Positions 23,670-35,490 of a stretch of 54,727 nt of DNA are shown one piece after another. How positions within the stretch are numbered: position 1 is the first letter of the stretch; every line of letters starts with the position of its first letter. The DNA is taken from assembly GCA_032718475.1 (NCBI GenBank), contig JAUCBJ010005064.1:1-54727 (forward strand), given 5' to 3'. The DNA is from Nemertoderma westbladi (lineage: Eukaryota; Animalia; Xenacoelomorpha). The translations under genes were made by a program, and so were the position numbers. The notes beneath the pieces are model-generated. The model saw only the letters and a list, made by a program, of their open reading frames with translations. It made no database searches and was not told where the DNA came from.

Positions 23670-24862
23670 AGGTCGTATCTCAACCCCGACCGGTGTATTA
23701 TTCCGACGGCAACGAACCTGCGATATTGGTAGATCATCCGGAGTCGCGAGAAGCGATAAGATTCTTGCCGATGGTAAGAATGGCGGATCATTGGAACGTT
23801 GACTGTCTACGGGAAGTTTTATGCGCGAAGTTCTTGCGTGATGTCCCAATGCAGATCACAGATTATGACACATTGGACAAGATTGGAGCTCCGGGGTAGG
23901 AGAGCAAACTGTTTGGATGGTTGGATAAGTACATCAAAGTATGGGTCGCGGTGGCTACATTCCCAGACGACGAGGAGGTAGACCAGACGTGGCTGAGGAG
24001 GAAGTGTTCTTACACCCAATATGATGACCACAAGACTATCGAGCGCATGTGGACCCCATCAGACGAGATTCAGCGTCAGTGGAGGAAAACGGAGGAATCA
24101 CTGCAGGATTGGAGAGTGATGTTCTATGACAATGAAGGAGGGTCCCATCAAGAATGTTTGACTAGCAAGTGCATTCAAATTCGTGCGGCCGATGGTGTGA
24201 CTCATGTGTTTATGCGTGTGAGGGCGGATCGAGAGAGACCGGAGCCCATCATAACAACACAATATCGGAGGGGGAAGGATCCTAGGGAGCAGATTTTGGA
24301 GGTATGCAGGCGAGGAGGTATGCACGGAGCAGAGCGTATCGACGCCAGGATGCTACTCAAGAAGGTTAGAGAGGCTATTCTCAACCAAGATTACGTCAAG
24401 GTGGGATCGGGTGTCCAGAGCGATTTGGAGAGTGACTTCAACGCCATGACTGATTTGGAAGATAGATTGCCGAGACCGTTTGTCGACACCAAGCTATTGT
24501 TGCTATGGGCACAGGATATTGGAATTTATAGAGAGTATCCCAACTCTGCCAAGACTGGTATGGGCTTCATAGCACACTTATTGTATAATTGGGACTTTAA
24601 GTTAAAGACGCAGAAGAAATACGAGGAGGCGTATGGCGAATACAACACGCCACCGGGAGCGGAGTTCAAATCCCACTTCAAGCGGCAAGCGTTAGTGTAT
24701 TGGAACATTTGCGCGCCACCCCGTGCGTCGCTACAATATTATTTGGTGCTTGAGTCGAACACGGTGACTTGTTTATTAGCGGATATCGTTGCGCGAGTTT
24801 TGAAGCGTCATCCACAACCACTCCATCTTCAACCACTCGTTAGAGAATACGTCGATGGTTAG
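23670..24862 (+). pseudogene. Element B ORF3, DEDDy 3'-5' exonuclease-like domain (WRN/Mut-7/EXD type)
   Basis: ExoI VMFYDNEG; CIQIRAADGVTHVF; ILNQDYVKVGSGVQSDL (ExoII); FVDTKLL; GMGFIAHLL; YW...LQYYLVLE (ExoIII-like). One in-frame TAG at 23897. Confidence 0.75.
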
Positions 24863-26315
24863 GAGAGGATTAGCGATATTCGAAGGAGTATATCGACAGA
24901 ACATCGGAGATTTGGGAGACCGACCGTCGATGGAATATCCGACGCCAGAGGCTTTGGAGAAGTGGTTCGGGAATCAAACCCGCGGGTTTGGTACTCCCTT
25001 CCACTCGGAGGCTGATAGACCCGTTAAGGAGGGTTGGCCGGAGACGTTAGTAGAGGTGTTCGGAGTAGATCTTCCGGTGGAGAAGACATATCCGAAACGA
25101 ACGCGGGAGGAAATATTGGAGATAGAGGACAAGGGCGAGGATGTTTACTTTGTTCCGGATCGACAACCGCTGACCGGAGAGGACGACATCGTATTAGACA
25201 TTGGGAAAGAAGGAAGTGCGAAACCGATTGGAGACCTCATATACGAGAGGGCCTGGTTTCCACAAGCGCGTAGGTGTAAGTTGTGCGGCAGCACAAGGTA
25301 CAATCTAAAGTCGTGCGACGCGGTAGTAGAGGCGGCGCATAAGGTCTGCCGTTGGTGTAATGAGACCGACCATTCGTTTCACACGTGCACCGTCTTCATT
25401 TCTCAATGCGGATATTGTGGAGTAAAGGGACATCGTAGCGCGAGATGTCAGTTGCGAGATGATTCCTTCCAAAACAATAGCGCTAACCTACTTCGGGAGA
25501 TGTTAGATAAGTGGGAAAGTGTGGCCGACTACCACATTCAAGCGCAGATGCGTTGGTTACCATTTAAGGCGGGATACGGATTCTGGGCTGTAGACCCATC
25601 TCACGTTGCATATGAGCCGTATTTACAGTCTTTGCCACAGTATCAAGAGCTCATCCTGACCGCTCAAGACCTTCCACAGAACACTGGAGTTATCGTAGTC
25701 CGAGAATACTTCAGACAGTTAAATATGGATAACAAGTATACTTGGAACTTTGTTGCCATTTGCGACCGGATTACGAAAGGTCTGTTTTCGGAAACTAGAA
25801 AAGTGGTACGCGCGTGAGGTGATTGGAGGATGGCGGCTATACAATACCGCAACGAATTCTTGTTGACTCATGTGCCAGTGGGGTCATTGACCGCTGAGAG
25901 GATACAGGAACAGAGAATCGCAGCGACCACAACGTCAACTGCTGGAGCTCAAGGCTCGCAGAAAGAACCAGGAGGAGAGGTCCAAGACAAGCGTCAAGTC
26001 AAGGACGACCACTATCATTCAATAATTGAGGCCCAGCGATTGCAGCGCAAGGCGCAGGGTGCGTCGGAGAAGGCGCGCGTGCAATTGCAGAAGGAAGGGT
26101 TGGCGGAAGCGACCGTAGGAGCACGACAATTGGGACGAGGCCAAGGTAGAAGTACCAGCCGGAAGTCTGTCGGGGCTCAGGGAACATCGTCGCCGGTTCC
26201 GGGGAGTGACACCTTACGGACGCCGTCAACAGAGTCTACAGGGGGTAGACTGGTGTATCTGGGAAGAGGGCGAAAGAGGGTAGCGAGCCCAAAGAACCCA
26301 GGAGCGGGTCGATAA
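24855..26315 (+). pseudogene. Element B ORF3, C-terminal part with three tandem zinc knuckles and a basic disordered tail
   Basis: CKLC-X4-Y-X4-C, CRWC-X4-H-X4-C, CGYC-X4-H-X4-C; ORF 25830-26315 is in frame after TGA 25815. Confidence 0.75.
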
Positions 26316-26802
26316 TGCATTTATAGCACAGGGCGACATACTCTAGATATATACATCATCGTCGCTCTGATGTATATTGTAGCATTTTAGAAATACCCGA
26401 CTAGACTCATATACACTAGTTGAGCTGTTTTGAATTTATATTATGAGAGAGGCGAAGGAAGTGATTGGGGAGACAAACCTGCGGGTTTGGCTTACTCCTT
26501 TCACTTGCCCTAGCAAAATTATTTTATATTTAATTTTGTATGTAGTAATCATTATGTAGTACGAACAAGAAACAATATTTTGTAAATTTAATTTGTATGT
26601 AATAATCGTTAAACAGTGAGAGAGATAATATTTGTAAATTTAATTTGTATGCAATTCATTATGCAATATCTATAGCAATATTTTGTAAATAGTAGGATTT
26701 ATATTATCAAGTATTTAGATTATTTGGAAGAAATTTATTTTGTTTGTATACATCACCTTATACTCTTCTACAATTGGAGGGAAACATTGTATGATTTCCC
26801 TT

Positions 26803-26809
26803 GGAGCGG
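26803..26809 (+). other. Short polypurine-tract-like sequence of element B
   Basis: GGAGCGG immediately before the 3' LTR TG. Confidence 0.55.
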
Positions 26810-29078
26810 TGTTACGGTATATGGCGCTGTACACATTATTAGCCATTATACAGTATAATATATTGGTCCATTATGCAGTATAATATATTAGTCCGTTGTA
26901 CGCAATATTAGTCCGTTGTGCAGCATAATATTTTAGATAAGGCATAATAGCGCAGTGATATTTAGATAGGGAAATCGAAACGCCCATATATTTTGAATTC
27001 ATCCATTTTGTATAGTATGTAGCCCTACCTACGTAATTTTGTATTAGGATATAGGTAGATAGTTCCAGGGTAGCAAGTTCAGTTGGACCCTGGATATGTG
27101 CTTGCTTCGATAGGGCTAGCATCTAGGGACGCTATCCTGACCATTCCGCAGCCAGGGACATGATCCATTACCATATATGGTAATAATTTGAGGGTTTGGG
27201 AAGCAATAGGGCTACAATCCGGCCTTCTTATTGGACTAACTGCTTCCAGGTTGGTCTAATGCTAGCGCGGACTGGAGAGCCAATAGGAGAGCGATTGCAT
27301 CACCCTTATTGCATCACCCCACTCGGATCACCTATAAATTGGCGGTTTGCCGGTAGAGCTGTACCTTATTATCCTTATTATCCTTATTACCCTTATTACC
27401 CCTATTCCTATTCCCTCAGTCCTATTACCAATCCCTATATCACTCTTCACCTACTTTTAGGAGTACAATTTGTGCGTATTTTTTCTGCATTTCAACCCTT
27501 TGATTAATTTTCTTGAAATGATTTGCAAATTTATAATTTCTGTTTGATTCTTGTTGTGTTTCTCAATCAATCTCAAAGATTACTGCTAATTACATCATGG
27601 AACTGTGATTTCTACCCTTTAGTTAATGGTTCTATGTAATTTCTTTCGACGCAATAATCCTACGGGATTTCTGAGACTGTCAGACTTGTGATTTGCATGC
27701 GCCGCTACGGTAGCTAGTCAATAAATGGAGGGCTAAGGTGCCAGTAGGCGGTGGGCACATTGGGGGTTTGGGCGACTAAGGGAGAGCGGAGGATTCAAAG
27801 GCGGGCAACGCTGGCGGGGGGCCACCGTTGCGGTCGGGCAACTGGCGTTGCGGTTGGGCAATTTGCGTTGTAGCGGGCAGACCATCTGCTGGTACGGCAA
27901 TTAGGGGGCTGATGATCCAGATTTTGTCTCTATTTTGTAGTATTAGGGGGGCAGGAATTGGGCTAGTTAGGAAGCCTTAGACATACTGGGGAGAGGCCTG
28001 CGTGCTTTAAAATAGCGAATAGCGAATTGCATGGCGAATTATATGATTGCGGATTGTATAATTGCAAGTTGTACTATTGCGATCTGTGATTGCTGACGCT
28101 GATTGGTGTGTTACTGAAGTGTGCCTATGATTACGAATGCTTAGGTAGGCGCCCCTTTCTCTTTGATTGATTTCTATTTCTTAGTTACAACAAATAATTA
28201 CTGATTAGGTCAAAGTAATACGGCATTTTAGGCTATTACTAGCGAAACCTGTTGTGTAATAAATTAGAATTACGCATTCTGGAACTCTTAGTAATTAGTA
28301 CGCTGTTACATATTTGTGACTGTAATTGATTAGTAAAATTAAGAATTAGTACGCAGCATAGCGGAGAGTAGCTAGGTAATAATTTAGAGTACCGTAAACT
28401 ATTCACGCTGAGCGGTTATTTGCATTAGCGGGCAATAAGCTAGATCGCAGTATTCAATGCGCAACTCGCATTAGTAAATTGCTGGCCTAAAGCCAGCCGC
28501 AGGCAAATTTAGACTCAGAGTGGTACTGCCCACGAAAGACATTGTACCGTACCCTTATTTGATTATTTTAAATATTCTCGCATTCACACATTCCGTTAGG
28601 GAAACCCCAGTATTCGCGATTAGAAAAGACGTAGGCATTGGCGTACTTCAATAGTAGTAAAATTAGACGTAAGAATATACTCTGAGTGCAAAGCCTCTCG
28701 CACTCGTCTTAAGTAAGCTTAGGGAGCCGACTCGGGTTTATTGTTTTGGTTATTCCCGCGTGGCTCATAGATTCGAACAGTTAGCTCTCTGTCGAGCGAT
28801 CGGCAGAGAAAGGAACAAGCGATTTTGCAGGAGCCGTGTAAATTTAGTAAATTATATTAGCGGACGGCAGATTAGCGCCATCCAACGGTAAGTAGCGGTT
28901 TTGTATTTAGCAGCCCTACAATTAGTAATAGCACGCTCCTGATCCCCTTTATTTAACAGTAGAGCAGTCTTTGTGTCTTATTGGTTAGGCGGGAATTTAT
29001 TAGGTTGGCAGAGAAGTATACCCGTACTTGTCTGTTCAACAGTTCTGCTGTTAGTAAAGGTGACGCGCTAGTTTAACA
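26810..29078 (+). repeat. 3' LTR of element B (2269 bp)
   Basis: Direct repeat of 6339-8622, followed by TSD GAGCG. Confidence 0.97.
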
Positions 29079-29083
29079 GAGCG

Positions 29084-29727
29084 TGAAGACCGCATTTCAC
29101 TTTATAGTGCAGTGCCGCGCGTATCTCACCGACGAACTTTTGCGGACGTTAATGGAAGAAATCGCCGCCTATCTTAACGAGGGACCGCTTATGCCAGTCT
29201 CATCGAGTCCCGAATCCCTAGAAGCGCTGACACCCGCGCATTTCCTACTAAAGAAACCTGTAGCCATGCTCCCGCAATCGGAAATCACGGACGGAGACAA
29301 ATACTGCCGACAAACTTGGCAACTTATGCAGTTATTATCCCGTCATTTCGCTGACCATTTCGAAAAACATTATCTTCCTACGCTACAACTTCGCTCAAAG
29401 TGGTTTGCACAGCAAGTAAACGTCAGCGCCGGAGACATGGTCCTTATTGTGGAATCAGATCTTCCACGTAAGAGGTGGCAGACAGGTCGTATCATCGAGA
29501 CTCATATATCCGATGATGGTTTAGTGCGATCGGTAGAACTCGTCATCATGAGATGTAACTTTAAGAAACCTGGAATTGTATTCGAAACACAACAACTTAA
29601 TCGCCCAGTTGGTCGTTTATGTTTACTGGAAAGAGACCGAGAGTTATCCGGAAACTATGGAAGGCAAGATACTCTTCCCATGACCACCTCCCTAATCCAA
29701 CAAACATCTAGGGACTCCCCAACATAA
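29084..29727 (+). pseudogene. Element A integrase, C-terminal part
   Basis: LTDELLRT, LNEGPL, LTPAHFL, YLPTLQLRSKW, GDMVLI, DDGLVRSVEL, LNRPV; continues the frame broken at 6338. Confidence 0.92.
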
Positions 29728-29743
29728 CAGCGTCTGGAGTGGG

Positions 29744-30392
29744 TGTGTGACTACATTATTTTATATATTTTTTTATTATTTTTATATTTATGTATGTATT
29801 ATTACGTAATTTTATTATTATAATCGTTTTCTTTAATTTTATTTAGTAGAATAATATTTTAACGATTATTCAGTAGATTAGTGCAATATATATTCGTGTT
29901 TATTACTTAATTACTTAGCATAATATATTTCGTTTAATGGCGAGAAATAATTCATTCTCTCATTCCTTACTGTCCGTATCATACTATAAATACATGACTA
30001 CAGTAAGATGAAATGTCTGTACTTATTAAAAGTACAATACCGCCCCTACTATACTCAAGTATTATGGGTAAGTAGATTATTAGGAATGCATATTTCAGAT
30101 CCTCGTGTCTCGGCTCAACCAAGCTCTGGGTAGACCTTGGAAACGACTTGCCTCTTCTCACTGACATTGCTTCTTGCAATATTGCTCTCATGCCGTATAT
30201 TAAATAATACATATAGTAGAATGATGTCCATTTAACAGTAGCGTTAAAACGCAAAATAAATCTGTTAAACCCTTTGACCATCTGCAATTCTAGTCGATTA
30301 AGATGAGTTTTCCATTTCGAATTCGTTTAGCCAGCACATCGAATGATATGCACCCATCAACCAACCTCAAACTTATATTACTGTTGACAACA
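29744..30392 (+). repeat. Putative 3' LTR of element A
   Basis: Follows GGAGTGGG; begins TGTG; TATAAA at about 29984, AATAAA at about 30255; ends GACAACA. The partner LTR is outside the window, so the right end is inferred. Confidence 0.6.
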
Positions 30393-30412
30393 CTAAAAGA
30401 CATCGCAATCCG

Positions 30413-32936
30413 CTATTCTATAATGCGTGGTATATAAAGCTTAGGGGCGGGCGCTTTACGATCCAAATGTGTTTTATAATGGCCGTAAGGTAGACTTTCA
30501 TTAGTCGATGTGTAATATCTTTTATCTTCCCACAGTGTTAGCGATTTTTTTCTTTGTGAAACGGTGTATATTTTTCGTCTTTGTCTGTATTCGTAATGCT
30601 CGCTAACCTCGTTATATACTTTTAAATATGATTCGTGGGAGAGTTTCTTTTTTATAACCATTTTTCCTACGCCTTTAGCAGCACATTTTGGAACTGACCC
30701 CCCACGAAAGCTATAACATTTTGGTCTAAGTAAAATAACCTGGTCAAACGGGATAGACTTCCCTTCATCCTTTAAATATCTATATTTCCCTTTCTGTTCT
30801 ACTGTATACAACGGATGTGTAATAGGATAATTTGAACAGTCTAAAACTTTTTTTGATTGTAACGCAGATAAAAATTGGTGTTGGGATAAACCAACACACT
30901 GTAAAAAAAAAGAATCCGTGTCCCCACCTAACAAATTTATACTACAATTTAATTTGGCTTCCAGGGGCTTTAATTTCTCGTAGAAGAAACTGTAATAATC
31001 TAACTTCGACAGGTCCAATACAGCTTGGCCTAAAAGAATAGGTTTATACAAACAAACCGCAGTCTTAGATAGGACGTGACCTGATAATGAATCAGTGAAC
31101 ATAATTAAATTTTCGTGATTCGGCTTGGATAATAATAAGTCACATTTCTCGATTGAATTACATAAGCGAAATGAGACACGGTCCCGTATATTCTCCATGC
31201 TTTTCCCGAAAAGCGCGTTATTTGTTCCTTTGTGAAACTTATCATAAAAGTCATTGCTTGCTATTTTTCTTTGCTGGGTGTTATATTCAATAAAATCCTT
31301 AAAAATGTAACCTTGCTTAAATCTAATAAGTTTATGAACTTTAATCAAGCGCATACCATGATGAATATAAAAGCGCAATAATTTTAGATGCACACCGTAC
31401 TCATACTTATCAAATTGGGTTAACATCAATTTTTTTGCTGGGCTATTGAAAATTTTATGACCATTATAATGTCGCCAAAGACTTTTCATGTGTGGACTAA
31501 GATACCTACTATCGAGTTTAACATGCTCCGGTGCAAATGGAAGCTCGGCTGTGGCATCATGAATAGTCATTGGGTATTCAAGGTCTACAACTGCAAAGTA
31601 TCCATATATTTCGTCAATTTCCAGACTCATGATATCGACACTATCAACATCCAACCATTCAAAGTCAGAATAAGGAAGTTTCTCCGACAAAGAACCGCTA
31701 TATAAACTGTTGAAATCTAAATTATATAAATGAGCTTCGGGTTTATTAGGGTCGTATGTTTCTGTGCCTGGTATATTCGCATTTGCCATATGAAGGTTGG
31801 TGTAAGAAACTCCACCCCTAATGGAATTTTCGAATGTTAAATACATTTCATGGTCTGCAAGTAGACGAATATGTGACTTGGAAAATCTCAAAGCCGCGTC
31901 CCAACTAACCCCTGCCATCATGTAATAGTTCGAGACCTCAAGCGAATAATGTTTAGTACAATATGCGCGAAAATTTTCAAAAATATCGGCTAGCAGCAAC
32001 ACGTCAAGATGTAAGTAAGCTTCCAAATAATCAAAAAGTGTCTCACATTGAAATTGTTCCCACGAAAGATGAGCAAATGTATATTCTTCAGGGCTAATAG
32101 ATGATAATGTTAATTCACTGTAAAACTCTTTTGGATGTGGTAATTTAGTATCCCCCACGTAAGGAAAAACTGACTTACGGCGTAAAATTTCGTTGGTAAC
32201 ATTTGGATATAATTTTCTCATTTGCTTCACAGTGTGCGGAATAACGGTTGTTAAATCTGACACATCTTTTGTCAAAAACCCAGCCAAAGCAGAAAGGGAA
32301 AATCCCATAAACAAACGCGAATGAATCAATAAACTGTATAGTTATTGATTTGCTGGTTGGAAGCCCTCTTACGTCCTTTTCTGGAATAGCATAACCAAGC
32401 ACGCTAAGTGCTTCTGACATTGGAATATCGATGCGGAGTGAGATATATCTTTCAGTATTTTTTGCAATGGTTTCAATGTTCCAATTTTTATATTTACTAC
32501 CGGCAAACCCTTTTTGTAAAATTAAATGTGAATCATAAAAAAAAAAATTATGACAGACAACTGGGAATAGGTGACGTTTAACACTTAATTCTTTATTACA
32601 GGAAATACACGCCGCACCAATGAAAGCCCCGTTGTAATGGTTGTGATGCATCACACTTGGATTTATATCTTCCCGAAAAAATGATTTACAATTAAAGCAA
32701 TTTGTGGTACGCATATAAGCTTGGTATTGTGTGTGATCCAGGTGTTTGGGGTGGTGTGTGTTAAAGGTAGACCATTCATAACACTTAAATAAATCAAAAA
32801 CCAGACTATCAATAAAATTCTGTACCGAGTTATTATCGATATTTTGTCTAAATGTAGACAAAAAATAATTTGGGGGGTTAATTAATTCGGTATTGGGGAC
32901 AATCAAATATGAAACGGCCGACGGGAGATGTTCGGC

Positions 32937-32969
<33 letters not shown>

Positions 32970-34564
32970 TTGGTTATTTATATAGCGCTTTATTATGCTC
33001 GGCATACTCAAAGCGCTTTTATTATCATTACCCCAGCAAAGCCAGGTTCCCATTATACCGCTGGGTTGACGTAGGCACTAATGTCTAAAGTGTCTTGCCT
33101 AGGGACACAACAGTGCGAAATTTCTATGATAATATATAATATATATAATAATTCTCTATATAATATTTTTTTACATTATTTGTTGGGGCTAGTACCACTT
33201 CGAAATCCATATATACTATGAAAGGTGTACTCACAGACTTATAGTAATTAGTAAAACGTAAATTCAGTTTAGATGGCATCTCCTCTATTTGGCGCCCGCC
33301 TTGCCAACACCCTAATCTATGGCGTTCTAACGCATTTGGACTGTAGAAACCGCGAATACACCGCTCACAACGATGGCAATGATTGTTGCTATTGCCTTCC
33401 CCACGACCATTAAATAATATATTTAAGTTAGAAACCCCGACGATGTGATTTGTTGAGGTTAAATTTTGACGTTCAATAAGCAATAAATTTAGCAATCTTT
33501 TCCATGATTTCCATGAGTTTCCATGATAGGGTAGAATCTAATTCGCTTAAATTAAAAAACCCAAAATACTGATTATAAGAACTTTGGCGTGAAACATGGC
33601 GCAGTGTGTGATCATCCGATATATGTTTTGAAAATTTTGCTGTCAGGACCGCCCACTTAAAACATTCACCTTCATTACACGGTACATTTATTATACAATG
33701 TTTATTTTTTAATTTTGTCGGGATTGATTGGTTGGCATCACCGCTATGTCCAAAACGATATACCGATCGCAAGTATGAGGCAATAGTAAGTTTGATGCGC
33801 GATAGAGTTACAAGTTTCCAGCCGCTACCCCGCCTAATAAATTGCAATATTTTTTCACCGATATGGGAAATGACTGTGTAGTACCATTCGTCAAAATCCG
33901 AGCTATTTTCAATATAATTATCTGTACCGATCGAAGTAAAATGGAATTCTTCTTGTAGAGTATAATTAGCATCATCACGTTCCATTATCACTGAAGCAAT
34001 TACCCACACTTTATAAAACATTTCAATAAAAGCTGATGCCGCCGTGTTAAAAGCGCGCGAAGCATATAACCCCATATAATTTAAATAATTCGGCACATCT
34101 GGATACATCTCATTAGATGACACATTATGGGTATATTCCTGAACGCGTGATTCGTGACATGTTTTTGAGAGATGAAAACCTTCGTTGGGTGTATCTGAGC
34201 TGTTTGTAATGCTTACAGGCGAACCAACGTTGAGATCCGGTTGAAATGTCGGTTCTGATTGTTTTTGGTTATGTTTGCGTTTGCGGGAATTGTAATGGTT
34301 TTGATGGCAACTATGTTCGATATATGAATCGAAGTTTTCAAAATCATCAGAGCATGTCGGGCAGGATAGCGTGTAACCGCAGTAGGTGTAATTCGGACGA
34401 GACAACCCGCAACATCTATTACTGTTAAATATTGCTATTCTTTCAGAAGTAGTTCGGCAATTACAATTATCGCAAACATACCCATCGAAATGTGTGCGTA
34501 AATGCCGTAAATAATTTTTCTTAAGTATAGTACAACCGCAAAAAACGCAATTAATCTCCATCAT
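30413..34564 (-). pseudogene. polB: Protein-primed DNA polymerase B (Polinton type), disrupted by frameshifts and a SINE
   Basis: N-terminal C2H2 fingers, GSGW, ECFKWAVL, YMDFE (ExoI), HHNH...AACISCN, CHNFFFYD (ExoII), LDVLLLADIFENFR, SIRGG, LDFNSLY, KGTNNALFGK, GDTDS, RPKCY, LPYGHY across ORFs 33473-34678, 33124-33495, 32175-33053 and 30413-32329. Confidence 0.93.
32940..33171 (-). mobile_element. 5'-truncated SINE (CORE/V/Meta-like central domain, L2-like tail ending (TAT)n) inserted in polB
   Basis: Minus strand GTGTCCCTAGGCAAGACACTT...CAACCCAGCGGTATAATGGG...AAAGCGCTTTGAG...AAAGCGCTATATAAAT...(TAT)n. Removing it rejoins LAPTNNV to IAEHLPS. Confidence 0.75.
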
Positions 34565-34857
34565 TATAATTATTATTATTACGATTATAATATATTTATT
34601 AACGTAGGTACAGAAAACATATTTACAATATGCCGATGAAAGAGATGCGGCAGATTTTATGTAGATAAATATATCCAATACCCAGTCAACCAGCCACCCG
34701 CGCTAGAAACCGTTTAACCAACCAAAATTTACTGAACTGACATTATCCTATTTATATGCTCTATTAACTATGTTGTATAATCGCGTGTAAGAGTATTGAA
34801 ATAGTATTGGCATGTGTCACCACCCGAGTTTGGTGTTATGCGTTTAATGTCACATAT

Positions 34858-35490
34858 TTAATATGTGTGGTGAAATGCTGAATTAATCTCTTCCCCATAC
34901 GGCGTTAAATTCGTCGGTAAAAGCCCAAAATAATCATCCGAATAAATATTAGAAACGTAGAGTATTGCCGCATTACATTGTTGGCATATAAGCTGGCATA
35001 TTTTATCGCCCGATGTTACAACGTATTCCTTAGATGTGTTGTTAATCAATATAATTACAAGTTGATCTATATTACCGCGCGCGACACTGGAATCGACCGC
35101 ACATTCTGCAACATCAATGCCAATTTTTGTCAAGCTAAAAGTCGGTGTAATTCTTCCAAAATAATTGGCGGGTAAATATATTTTAACACCCGTCTCAATT
35201 AACATTCGTGAGTGCGGCTCTATTGTTCTATTCACGGCGCTATATATATCAATCCCAGCTGGACTATATGAACCGCATACAGGCGCCCGAGCTGCCGGGC
35301 TTAACAATTCAATTTTAATTGGAATAATTGAATTAGGACCGCGGTAACTATTTTCAGCTTGTATTATTGGAAACATTTTTTCATTACGGCGTATTTTACC
35401 TAAAAAAATTCCGAAAAGAAAGGTAACAATGAATAATATATTTGAAAAAATGATCTTATCTATAGACTCAAGCTGCCCTAGTATTGTCAT
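34858..35490 (-). CDS. dUTPase-derived protein with N-terminal transmembrane helix (probably inactive)
   Basis: AGIDIYS (motif I), IETGVKIYLP, GRITPTFS (degenerate II), AVDSS (degenerate III), GDKICQLI (IV); motif V absent; hydrophobic IIFSNILFIVTFLFGIFLG. Confidence 0.8.
   Translation of the reverse strand: MTILGQLESIDKIIFSNILFIVTFLFGIFLGKIRRNEKMFPIIQAENSYRGPNSIIPIKIELLSPAARAPVCGSYSPAGIDIYSAVNRTIEPHSRMLIETGVKIYLPANYFGRITPTFSLTKIGIDVAECAVDSSVARGNIDQLVIILINNTSKEYVVTSGDKICQLICQQCNAAILYVSNIYSDDYFGLLPTNLTPYGEEINSAFHHTY

Larger units (their letters stand above)
6339..29078 (+). mobile_element. Full-length BEL/Pao LTR retrotransposon B (about 19 kb excluding the nested LINE) with accessory ORF3
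   Basis: Two near-identical TGTTA...TAACA LTRs, 5-bp TSD GAGCG at 6334-6338 and 29079-29083, complete gag-pol. Confidence 0.97.
1..30392 (+). mobile_element. BEL/Pao LTR retrotransposon A (decayed; 5' end outside window; interrupted by element B at 6339-29078)
   Basis: Domain order gag-PR-RT-RH-INT with Pao-type motifs. The integrase frame is restored (WERLLRS-VKTAF) when B and one TSD copy are removed. PPT-like GGAGTGGG then TGTG at 29744. Confidence 0.9.

Noticed and set aside
23750-23840. BTB-like helix pattern (MVRMADHWNVDCLREVLCAKFL) in ORF3
   Set aside because: Too short, no upstream BTB motifs, and not seen in element C.
18921-26315. ORF3 as an envelope gene
   Set aside because: No signal peptide or transmembrane anchor; the motifs indicate a nuclease and zinc knuckles.
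32940-33171. Spliceosomal intron in polB
   Set aside because: GT-AG removal does not restore the frame, and the segment has SINE hallmarks.
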